Positions 27,865 to 37,400 of a stretch of DNA of 64,000 nt are shown here, one piece after another. This stretch comes from a bacterium. GTDB lineage: Bacteria; UBP14; UBA6098. The position numbers and the translations under genes are program-made. Where the stretch lies: assembly GCA_023145965.1 (NCBI GenBank), contig JAGLDC010000007.1, forward strand, positions 5,574 through 69,573, read 5' to 3'. The notes below the pieces were generated by a model, which searched no databases, was not told the origin of the DNA, and saw only the letters and a program-made list of their open reading frames with translations. Position 1 is the first letter of the stretch. Each line of letters starts with the position of its first letter.

Positions 27865-29382
27865 TTGACCAGCAAGCAAAGGGAGCGCATGAAAAGCAGG
27901 GGAGCCAATAATCGCTTCCATAGGATGTCGAGGCTGGTAAGTTATGGGGTTGCAGTATTCCTCTTGACTCTACCCGCTAAAGTCGCTTTTTCTTTTGAAA
28001 ATGTGCGACCTTGTTGTTGTGCCGGTTATCAATACCCAACTCAACAATCGGAACTTTATTCTCAGGTAGAGGCCTTTCTAAAGCTCTATCCTACCGAATC
28101 CCAATTTAGCAGTATTCAGGCCATCATCGCTCCACAGGCGCCTTATGTATATATCGGCCCTATTCTAGGTGCTGCCTATTCGAATCTGATAAATAAGAAT
28201 TTTGATAGAATTATTATTCTCGGATATGACCCGACAGCAATAGTGCCGACTTTGTATATCGGTGCAAAGATAGCCACGCCCTTGGGACAATTGCGTTCTG
28301 ATGATGTGCTCGCTTCTCGATTAATCGATGAATCCAACATCAAATTCGAAATAGTCGATGCGGAATATCCCCTTCCCGGATCCATAGAGGCCCAATTGCC
28401 ATTTTTGCAATATCTCTATGGTGAAAGACCACTGCTTGCGATAGGATTGGGAGGACAAACTTCTCAAGAGGCTATTAAATTGGGTAATTCGATCTCAGAG
28501 ATTGTGGGCGATAGTAGAACTCTAATTATTGGTGTGTCGAATCTCTCTCAATATTATGATTCTGGTTCTGGAGAGGGAATGGATAGACTTCTTATAGATA
28601 GGTTAAAAGGGTTTGAGTTAGAAAAAATGGGCATCGAATTCGAACAGGGTAGGATACAAGCGGAAAGTCCTGCCGTTCTCATTGCTACCTTGCAAATTGC
28701 TCAAGAAAACGAAGCGGATTATATCGAAATACTACGCTATGCAAATTCGGCTGTTTTAAGCGGAGATCAGCAATCGACAGTTGGTTACCTCACTGCTGCT
28801 ATTGGAAATAAAAAACCTTCTACAGGCGAGATTGAGTGTTTTTCCACCGACGAGGAGAAATATCTTCTTAATTTAGCACGAATGGCGATTAAAGATGTGT
28901 TGGCAATTCCTCGAGAACCCGAAATATCCCAACAGAAGCCAACTGATAATGTCCACCCAGATGGTATTTATCTTACAATCGATTATCAAGGCAAAATCAG
29001 AGGAGGATGTAGCCTTCTTTTTTCCGGTCAACCAATCGACGATTTAATCTCAAGTGCTGCACAATCGGCAGCTTTTAATGATCCCAGGTTCAATCCTATT
29101 ACTTTTGAAGAATTAAATGATCTTAATATAACTTTGCATATGCTCTTTAATGCTCGAAGAATAAATTCTCCCTCTAATTTCGATCCAAATAAAGACGCGA
29201 TTTTTATCAGCAAAGGAAGTTATTCGGCTCTAGTTTTTCCGGGAGAACTTAATTTATTGCTCAAAAAGGAAGAGATTCTCGGTAGAGCTTGTATTAATGC
29301 TGGCCTGCTGTCGAATTGTTGGCGTCAAAACGAAACAAGTGTTTGGTCTTTTGATATCCAGATTGTAAAGGAGGAAAGGTGA
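27865..29382 (+). CDS. MEMO1-family (AmmeMemoRadiSam protein B-like) and AMMECR1 (protein A-like) fusion with an N-terminal basic/hydrophobic anchor
   Basis: VRPCCCAGYQYPTQQSELYSQVEAFL aligns to the Memo N-terminal signature (RKPAVAGQFYPGDPEELRKQ). The C-terminal 180 aa (LNLARMAIKDVL..GCSLLFSGQPIDDLISSAAQSAAFNDPRFNPI) is an AMMECR1 domain. A 46-aa N-terminal extension has a Lys/Arg-rich start then LVSYGVAVFLLTLPAKVAF. Confidence 0.7.
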   Translation: MTSKQRERMKSRGANNRFHRMSRLVSYGVAVFLLTLPAKVAFSFENVRPCCCAGYQYPTQQSELYSQVEAFLKLYPTESQFSSIQAIIAPQAPYVYIGPILGAAYSNLINKNFDRIIILGYDPTAIVPTLYIGAKIATPLGQLRSDDVLASRLIDESNIKFEIVDAEYPLPGSIEAQLPFLQYLYGERPLLAIGLGGQTSQEAIKLGNSISEIVGDSRTLIIGVSNLSQYYDSGSGEGMDRLLIDRLKGFELEKMGIEFEQGRIQAESPAVLIATLQIAQENEADYIEILRYANSAVLSGDQQSTVGYLTAAIGNKKPSTGEIECFSTDEEKYLLNLARMAIKDVLAIPREPEISQQKPTDNVHPDGIYLTIDYQGKIRGGCSLLFSGQPIDDLISSAAQSAAFNDPRFNPITFEELNDLNITLHMLFNARRINSPSNFDPNKDAIFISKGSYSALVFPGELNLLLKKEEILGRACINAGLLSNCWRQNETSVWSFDIQIVKEER

Positions 29383-30698
29383 ACAGGCCTATTCCCAGAA
29401 GGTTTAGGGGGGAACCGGAGATAGAAAGGAAACGGAATAGGAGTTTCTCGCTTATAGATTTTTTAAAAGGGTTCAGGTTGCCGGGTTTATTTATTCTAAT
29501 TGGTATTTTAACAGTAGCAATTTTCCATTTCCTTGGGGGCGAGACTCAAGCAAAACCAATTACTCCGGAAATTCAGTTATCCTCTCTCGATGTAAAATGC
29601 AGGCTTTGTGGTGAGATCAAGCGGGACGAGTCACTTTATATCTCTCTTACAAATGCAGGTATGACTCCGCGAATAGTATATGATATCAATTGCGCTTTCG
29701 ATGGAGTGTTCGATCCCAAAAAAATAATGCCCGGAGATAGATATACCATAGATACCGATAATGAGGGCAAACTGGTCGAGTTCGAACTGGAGCGTTCTCC
29801 ATGGGAGCATTATAGAATTAAACGCCAATGTGATACACTTCTGGGCGTTAAGGATACAATCCCTTTAACTTATGTTATCAAGGCTGCAAAAGGTGAAGTC
29901 AGCAATACTCTTTGGGAATCCATGGTTAATAAAGGTATTCCTGCTGAAGTTATTCTTAGGTTCACCGATATCCTTTCTTTTAATGTTGATTTTCTCACTG
30001 AAACCCGTGATGGCCAGCGCTTTGCGCTTCTTTATGAAGAATATATATTTCATGGTGATGTTATAAAGGTAGGGCGAGTTGTGGCCGCCGAATATTGGAT
30101 TTCAGATACAAGTTATGGCGGGATTTATTACATGGACCCAGACAGTGTCTCGGGATATTATACACTGAGTGGCAAAAACACTAAGAAGGCGCTTTTAAAG
30201 ACACCGCTTACTTACAGACGAATATCGAGTTATTTTTCAAAGAGCCGTTTTCATCCGATTTTAAAAATCTATCGGCCGCATCTCGGTGTTGACTATGCTG
30301 CTCCATCTGGAACGCCAGTTTCTGCCTCGGGTTCCGGCGTGGTAACTTTCGCTGGTTGGAAGGGTGGTTATGGCAATTTTATACAGATTAAGCACGAAGG
30401 TAACATCGTGACTATGTATGGTCACCTTAAGGGATTCGCAGGTGGAATAAAAAAGGGTGTCCGAGTGAAACAAGGACAACTTATCGGTTATGTCGGGACT
30501 ACGGGACTTTCTACCGGGCCACATCTAGATTACAGGGTTAAAGTTAGAGGAGATTTTGTTAATCCCTTGCGCTATGCCTTCCCCGATGGCCCGCCTGTTA
30601 AAAATAAGTATATAAGTGATTTCAAGGAAAAGGCAGTGGATTATATTGGTCTTCTTGAAGCACTAACAGAAAATAATTTCGCTGTAAGGACTCAATGA
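29379..30698 (+). CDS. M23 family (LytM-type) peptidoglycan endopeptidase with N-terminal TM and an OapA/Csd3-like domain
   Basis: HLGVDYAAPSGTPVSASGSGVVTFAGW..GHL..GPHLDYRV are the HxxxD and HxH zinc motifs of M23. GTG start overlapping the upstream stop (GTGA). Confidence 0.85.
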   Translation: MNRPIPRRFRGEPEIERKRNRSFSLIDFLKGFRLPGLFILIGILTVAIFHFLGGETQAKPITPEIQLSSLDVKCRLCGEIKRDESLYISLTNAGMTPRIVYDINCAFDGVFDPKKIMPGDRYTIDTDNEGKLVEFELERSPWEHYRIKRQCDTLLGVKDTIPLTYVIKAAKGEVSNTLWESMVNKGIPAEVILRFTDILSFNVDFLTETRDGQRFALLYEEYIFHGDVIKVGRVVAAEYWISDTSYGGIYYMDPDSVSGYYTLSGKNTKKALLKTPLTYRRISSYFSKSRFHPILKIYRPHLGVDYAAPSGTPVSASGSGVVTFAGWKGGYGNFIQIKHEGNIVTMYGHLKGFAGGIKKGVRVKQGQLIGYVGTTGLSTGPHLDYRVKVRGDFVNPLRYAFPDGPPVKNKYISDFKEKAVDYIGLLEALTENNFAVRTQ

Positions 30699-30846
30699 TT
30701 AAACTTGACTTTTTGCAAATAATGTTTTAATTAATAAGCTTGTTTGAAGTCGTTATTAGTATGGGAAATGGAAAATATTGTTAAGTATAAGTTTGAATAG
30801 AAAGAATTTTATTTTTAATCCGATACTCCCGAGGAAGGGGGCATTA

Positions 30847-33800
30847 ATGGAATTTAACGCAAGAATAACGAGTGTCGCTATTGTATGCGTATTGCTTTTA
30901 GGTTCGGGCGTTCTTTTTGCTCAACCTACGGAACCACTTTGCGCAGATTTAGTGACAACCGGTTACGGCCTTATTGGTGATACCCTCGAAGGCGATTTGG
31001 TGCTTTCAGGATTCGTTAAAGGGCACAGTGTTTCGCTTGAAGTGATGCCGATGTGTGTTTCTCCAACGCGCCAATACCGTTTTTTCCGCACACCACTGGG
31101 AGCTTCGGTGCCTGATCTACAGACAGATTGGATGCCGATGGCATACACCAATATGGATGGTGGTGGTGACAGCGAAGTATTCAAATACTATGCCGCCGTG
31201 ACCGACGGTGATACAGTGACGTATTCCAATCCTGACGAGGATCCTGCAATGGACCTCTGGCTTATGCACGATTGGTATCGTCCTGACCGTATCGAGGGGA
31301 TTTCGACTTACTATTATCCGAGCCCCACGCGCATTCGTATCAACTGGTATAAAGGCACTGACAGCGCTTCTGGAGTTTATAAATATTATATTTATCGAGC
31401 TCCAAGTGGCCTAGGATATACACTCGAGTATATCGATCCTACCGAAACTCCTATCGATTCGGTTCTAGATGATGGTCGTGCTTGGTATGATTGGTCGGAT
31501 TATGAAGTTACTCCGGATGAATGTTACTGGTATGTTATTGTCCCGATGGACAAAGCTGGATGGATACGCAGGGATGGCAATGATATTTTCCGTCGTTGCG
31601 CCGCAGTTTCCGGTTTTGGATTCCCGCCTTGCGCTCAACTTCAGCCGCTAGACAGATATCATGTCGGTGGTGGTGTGACAATTCGCGTTAATCTCGATGC
31701 TTGCCCCGGCGACCCCGACGAGGTAGTTCAATATCGGTTCCGCAAGTATGGTGTCTTTATTGATTCGGTTTCCGGCGATCCCGATATGTATATCATGGAT
31801 GAAACGGACTGGACGGATACACCGTTCTACTTCTTCTCGACGATGGAGTGTTCGACATACACATTTAGTGCACAGGCGAGATACCTCGGAGGAACGACAA
31901 GTCCTTGGTCTCACCTTATACCGACCTATCCACTTACCACAAACGATCCCACGCCTCCGGGGTGCCCGGATGAAATGTTCGCGCATTCGTATGGCGAGGA
32001 TGGTATATATGTTCATTTCGAGCAAGATCCGGGGGACGATTGTGGAAGTGGAATCCTCGGTTATCACCTTTTCCGTTTCCCTGCCGATTCGATCAGCGAT
32101 CATCTTCCACCGGACTCCAGCGATATTGCTGATTATGTGCTCTGGGAATATTATGTGAACGAAGAGGGGATTTATACATTCCAGGATGATGGCCCGACCG
32201 ACCCGGTTATTGATCTTATAGATAATGTCACATATTATTATGTAGTATGTCCTTATGATTCTGCTGGCTGGACAAATTGGCTTGATTGTGGGGATCTTCA
32301 GATAGATACCGCAACTGTTGATAAGGGCGTTGCCGCGCCAATGGCAAATAGGCTTCCGGCATATGCTTGCGATGGGGAGATTTATGTTGAATTCGTAGAT
32401 ACAACCCGTTGTGATGCCACCGAGGTCGAGATACAATGGTCGGCGGAACCGGAATTTGGCGGCGCGACATTCGTCGGCGTTGGCCCGATACCATTACACG
32501 GTGATACCGCGATCGGCGGTTTCTTCGATTTCACGAACCATGACGACGGTATCTGCACTAACTGGGATACGCTACAAGTCAATATCAGTGGTCTTTATGA
32601 AACACAGTGGTTCTTCCGCGCGCGTTTCTACGATATTCACAGCAACGTTTCCGAGTGGAGCAATATTTCTATAACACGCGTTGATAATACTCCGCCAACG
32701 ACAACGAGCATTATTAATGTTCAGTCTTTCTCGGATAGCGTTAATACTGTCGATATTCTTTTGAACTGGGATGAAAGTGATTTCAACGATGCTGATGGAA
32801 TTGGTATCGATTCGGTAAAAGTCTATCGTTCAGCAATGGCAGGCGATTTAGGAACCGTAATTGCCACAGTTTCCAAATTTGATAACAAGTTCGTCGATTA
32901 CGATCCTGTTCCGACGAACAACTGGCACGATAATGTTTATCGAGTGGTGCCTTATGATTATTGCGGACATATGAACACCGAGGGCGGCCAAGGTTGTTTT
33001 GCAGCACTTGGACAGCATCCGCCGGCAGTCCCGCGTATCGACACGGTTCTTGTTAGTCACTATCTCGATTCCTTCACTATAGTATGGTCGGATACCGGCA
33101 TAAGCCCGCTTACGACGAAATATGTTCTTCGCCACGGTGGAACCGAAAGCTGGCTTTGGATCGGCGACACAATTATCGCCCCCAATACTCACCTCGGCAC
33201 GGTGCCTTCGCATCGCTACACCTTCCCAATAGAGGAACTTTTCGGTGGCCCGAGGCATTATTTCATGATGTATGCCCTTGATGGTGAATCCCCGGCTAAC
33301 CAGAGCGGTTGGTCAGAGGTTTTTGCTTTCGATCTTCCTGAGGCGTTGACCGTCACGGATACTATTCATATTCGCGCTGGATGGAACTTTATCAGTCTTC
33401 CGGTTATGCCAGCCAATAATGAGGCTAATGTCATATTCCCCGGTGGACTTGATTATTATGAATGGAATCCAACGACCTCGATATATGATCCGATTACTGT
33501 TATGCAACCGGGTAAAGCCTATTGGGTGCTTATGTCATCCACAGCGGATTATCCGATTACAGGTATTCCTGTGGTCAGAGTCGAGGAGACTGAAATTGGC
33601 CCTGGATGGTGGAGTATTGGAACTCCTTATGATTCTACTGTTGCAATGCTTGGGAGCGGTTTTACCTGGGACGGAACCGGTTGGGCACGAGCCTACGGTT
33701 ACGATGGTGAAACACCTTATTATACGACAACCCATCTGAATGGTGGAGAGGCGTATTGGCTTCTTCTCAGCGGAACAGGGGATTTTTATTCCGAAGCTGG

Positions 33801-34464
33801 AATGGCTAAAGGGATAGTCGATGATCCGGTTATCGATTGGAACATAAACATCGATATAGATGGCAGTCCCATCGAACTGGCATATTCGACTCACGCCGAA
33901 AGCGGAATCGATGCGGCAGATATTGTAATGCCGCCTGCGCCGCCATCGGGTGCCTTCAGCCCATGTTTCGTTGACGAATCTGGCTATCGTTACTTGCGCG
34001 AGGTAAGGCCGGATGGTGTATGGAATATCTCGGCGCCATATGGCTCTATCATTAGCTGGAACGCAAAGGCGCTTCCTTCGGTTGAACTTGAGATTGTTAC
34101 CGATTTTGGGACGTTTGATATGCACAAGGTTGAAAGCATAGAATTCCTTGGGACAGCGAAAGTTGTTACAAAGGGCGTTCTTCCGACCGAGTTTACTCTT
34201 GGTCAGAATGTTCCAAATCCATTCAATGCTACATCTACGGTGCCGTTCAGCGTTCCGGTGGATTCAAGAGTGTCCATTAAGATATACGACATCAATGGCC
34301 ACACGATTTCGACCCTCGTCGAGAGCTATGTCGAGGTTGGAAGCCATCGTGTTGTTTGGGATGGTTTGGACGATCTCGGACGATCTGTTCCTTGTGGAAT
34401 TTACCTTTGTAGGATGGAAGCGGGGAGCTTTGCCGAGACAAGGCGAATGCTTCTAGTGAAATAG
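30847..34464 (+). CDS. Giant secreted surface protein (1205 aa) with a T9SS C-terminal sorting domain
   Basis: Signal peptide MEFNARITSVAIVCVLLLGSGVLFAQ. Aromatic/Asp-rich beta-sandwich-like repeats. C-terminus QNVPNPFNATSTVPFSVPVDSRVSIKIYDINGHTISTLVE..HRVVWDGLDDLGRSVPCGIYLCRMEAG matches the type-A T9SS CTD. Confidence 0.75.
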   Translation: MEFNARITSVAIVCVLLLGSGVLFAQPTEPLCADLVTTGYGLIGDTLEGDLVLSGFVKGHSVSLEVMPMCVSPTRQYRFFRTPLGASVPDLQTDWMPMAYTNMDGGGDSEVFKYYAAVTDGDTVTYSNPDEDPAMDLWLMHDWYRPDRIEGISTYYYPSPTRIRINWYKGTDSASGVYKYYIYRAPSGLGYTLEYIDPTETPIDSVLDDGRAWYDWSDYEVTPDECYWYVIVPMDKAGWIRRDGNDIFRRCAAVSGFGFPPCAQLQPLDRYHVGGGVTIRVNLDACPGDPDEVVQYRFRKYGVFIDSVSGDPDMYIMDETDWTDTPFYFFSTMECSTYTFSAQARYLGGTTSPWSHLIPTYPLTTNDPTPPGCPDEMFAHSYGEDGIYVHFEQDPGDDCGSGILGYHLFRFPADSISDHLPPDSSDIADYVLWEYYVNEEGIYTFQDDGPTDPVIDLIDNVTYYYVVCPYDSAGWTNWLDCGDLQIDTATVDKGVAAPMANRLPAYACDGEIYVEFVDTTRCDATEVEIQWSAEPEFGGATFVGVGPIPLHGDTAIGGFFDFTNHDDGICTNWDTLQVNISGLYETQWFFRARFYDIHSNVSEWSNISITRVDNTPPTTTSIINVQSFSDSVNTVDILLNWDESDFNDADGIGIDSVKVYRSAMAGDLGTVIATVSKFDNKFVDYDPVPTNNWHDNVYRVVPYDYCGHMNTEGGQGCFAALGQHPPAVPRIDTVLVSHYLDSFTIVWSDTGISPLTTKYVLRHGGTESWLWIGDTIIAPNTHLGTVPSHRYTFPIEELFGGPRHYFMMYALDGESPANQSGWSEVFAFDLPEALTVTDTIHIRAGWNFISLPVMPANNEANVIFPGGLDYYEWNPTTSIYDPITVMQPGKAYWVLMSSTADYPITGIPVVRVEETEIGPGWWSIGTPYDSTVAMLGSGFTWDGTGWARAYGYDGETPYYTTTHLNGGEAYWLLLSGTGDFYSEAGMAKGIVDDPVIDWNINIDIDGSPIELAYSTHAESGIDAADIVMPPAPPSGAFSPCFVDESGYRYLREVRPDGVWNISAPYGSIISWNAKALPSVELEIVTDFGTFDMHKVESIEFLGTAKVVTKGVLPTEFTLGQNVPNPFNATSTVPFSVPVDSRVSIKIYDINGHTISTLVESYVEVGSHRVVWDGLDDLGRSVPCGIYLCRMEAGSFAETRRMLLVK

Positions 34465-34490
34465 TATCAACCAACTGGATATGAGTAGTT

Positions 34491-37400
34491 ATGATAAAAA
34501 TAAACATAAAGGATAAGGAGCGAGCCTTGAGAGTAAAGACTATGCCTATTATACTCGGTATTCTGGCTCTCGGGCTTTTTGGAAGCCTGTTAGCGCAATC
34601 AGCGCCTGTAGTTGAGCCGGAGCCGGCATATACTGCGGGACATGTCAACCCTTTGCTGTGGTCCGAACCTACAAGCTATAGTGTTACAATTTCAGCTTGG
34701 GAGATTTGGGTTGATACAGCATCTACCGGATTTCCTGATTGGCCGGATTCGGCCTATGAGGAGCTTTTGGGACCAGATAGAATCTCTATCGGCCCGATAC
34801 CGGTGACAGATGCTGCTGATTTCGGTTCTACCTACGGAAGCGAATATGCTTATCCGATCGGTAGCGGTGTTTATGGCGATTCCGACGATCCTCTTACTTC
34901 AGGATTGCGGTATTGTTATAAAGTGCGTTATCGTTGGTACACACCGCCTTCAACTTACGGGTTCTCCGATTGGTCTGAGACACATTGTAGTGTTCAGGAT
35001 GCCGCACCACCTACTGTCGAAATTGATTCTTTACCGGATTGGTGGAATACCGATGAGGTATCGATTCATTATATAGCCAATGATGCCCTCGTTGGTGAAG
35101 TCGATAGTGTGGTATTATATTACAGAATGCCGCCTTCGACCGATTGGATTAGGGTGTTTGCAGAAGCACCGCCACCACCTGGTTACGACGACTATATGGA
35201 ATTTGATATTACAGGAACCGGCGATGGTGAATACGAGTTTTTCATCGGCGCATGGGATGCCTTGGGCAATGGAACCATTCCACTGGGAACGCTTCATGCC
35301 CCAATGGCTGACACAAGGGTTGATGATACTGATCCGACAAGTGCCATTATAGAAACGGAAGATTTACCGCTTTATTATACAGGTTGGCCCGAAGGAATTA
35401 ATCTATTTTTCTCAGCCTCTGATTCATATAGCGGTTTAACAGCAGTCTATCTTGATACCGATTACGGCGATACTCCGCCGTTACCTTTCGATAGTCTATT
35501 TTTCCCGGCTGTGGAAAGTGTCACGCGCGATACCTTCGTATTTTCACGCACCGAGAATGGCGAGTGGAACATTCGTGCTAGAGCTGTCGATTTGGCCGGT
35601 AATCATGAATCAGAAACGACCTGGGATTGGACTTTTTATGTCGATACTCAGGAGCCTGAGTTTACTTCGACAACGGTTATAGACTCGACAACGGTTTCCC
35701 ATCGCTATGATGTTCCTGCAATGCATGGCTGGACAAACTCTCGGGCCGTCAAAGTAACGCCCGAAAGCGCTATCGACCCATTGGTTGATGGTTATGCCAG
35801 CGGCTTGGATACCGTTTCGGTTGCCTCGAATTCGGCATTCACCGAGGATTATATGGCTTTTGTGGCAGGAACACCGCCCTATATTTGGATTACTTCGGAT
35901 GACGACGGCGCAAAGGAAGCATATGTCCATCTCAAGGACAGAGCTACTAATATCAGCGAGTCGAGGTTTGGGGTAATCGAACTCGATACCGAGGTTCCGG
36001 TTCTTTCGGCATGCACACTTTGGAACCATGTAACGCCGGATACCTACACCGACACAACGGTTTCGCTCACTGTCGATGTTACCGCTAATCTCGATCCTTA
36101 TTACGGCTCGGCCAGCGGAATATACTTCGCGCAGAATGCTTCCAATCTTAATTCCATTGATACTGACGATTGGCAGGCGGTAGATGGCGATTATACATTT
36201 ACCTTCGATGGCTTCTCATCGGGCGAGTGGATGACGCTTTATGTTGTAGTTCGCGATAGTGCTGGTAACGTTAGCGAAGCTGCGATAGATAGCATAAGGT
36301 ATATTCATGGAAATAAGTGGGTCGAAATATTCAATATTCGCGATATCGACGGCCCCGATGTTACAGGAAGATACACCGATACAACCGAAATATCTATTGA
36401 GATAGCATACGGTAATGGAATAGATACATTATTGGTTTGGGATGGAAGCTCCATGTTGGGATTACCCGATACTGTTTTCCCTGTGGACGATCCTACCGGT
36501 GATTCGGATACGATAACCATAATTGGCAAACTTGAAAGGACAGACGGTTGGCATACATTGTCCGTTCGCGGAAAGACCGATTATGATATTATCCTCACAG
36601 ATCCGGATACTGCTTCGATAGAGCTTGATATTCAGCATCCGACGGTTCCAGATTTTCTCGTGTTAGACCTTACGATACACACAGAACCTTCAGGTCCTGC
36701 AGATGTTGCCGATACAGGTTGGACGAACGATGCAGATGTTAAAGGCATGTTCACTGGCAGCTACGACACAGGTGGCGAATCCAGTGGAACCGGCCTTTAT
36801 AGGTATAAGGTATCCATCGATACTCTAGTTCTCGGCACTGATGCATTCCCGGGGACTTATCAAGTTGACTTTGCGCTTCCAGTCGCTGATGGCCCTAGTG
36901 ATGTTATCGGTGATGTTCAGGATTCCAGCGGGAATTGGGCCTCTGAAGATGCCGACCCGATTTTCAACATTAAACTCGATACACATATTCCGACTATAGA
37001 CTCGATCCAGCTTTTAGATGCTACAAGTCTTTCACCGGATTATACCGACGATCCAAGTATCGTTGTTAAGATTTTCGGCGATGATGATCCATACACGCCG
37101 GCTTATGCATCGATTTTCGAGGATGGAACGGATTATCCAAATATCGTCCGCTCGATACGCCGTTCATTCAGTTCGGGGACATTAAGTTATATGCTTACAG
37201 ATACGCTCACAGGCGGTATTAAGACGGTTTATGTTGCTCTTATGGATAGAGCTGGGAATATCTCGGCGATTTCTTCGGCCACAATCGTATATAATAAGGA
37301 AATCGTTCTCGACATGTCGCTTTACGACTGCGATAGCGAACCAGAGAATAATGAATGCACGAATGACCCAACTGTTGGTGTGCATTTGTTTGCTTATGGA

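Noticed and set aside
30705-30733. Internal promoter TTGACT-N17-TAATTA upstream of the first giant cargo gene
   Set aside because: The -10 hexamer is poor (TAATTA) and no terminator precedes it. Left out of the features as too weak, though an internal promoter here cannot be excluded.
31648-32436. 262-aa minus-strand ORF (and similar ones at 32848-33258, 33535-34125, 35610-36029) lying antisense inside the giant T9SS cargo genes
   Set aside because: They are entirely contained in long, well-supported plus-strand genes. They have no start context or SD and a low-complexity Arg/Cys/Ile-rich composition typical of antisense frames of GC-skewed coding sequence. Treated as spurious.
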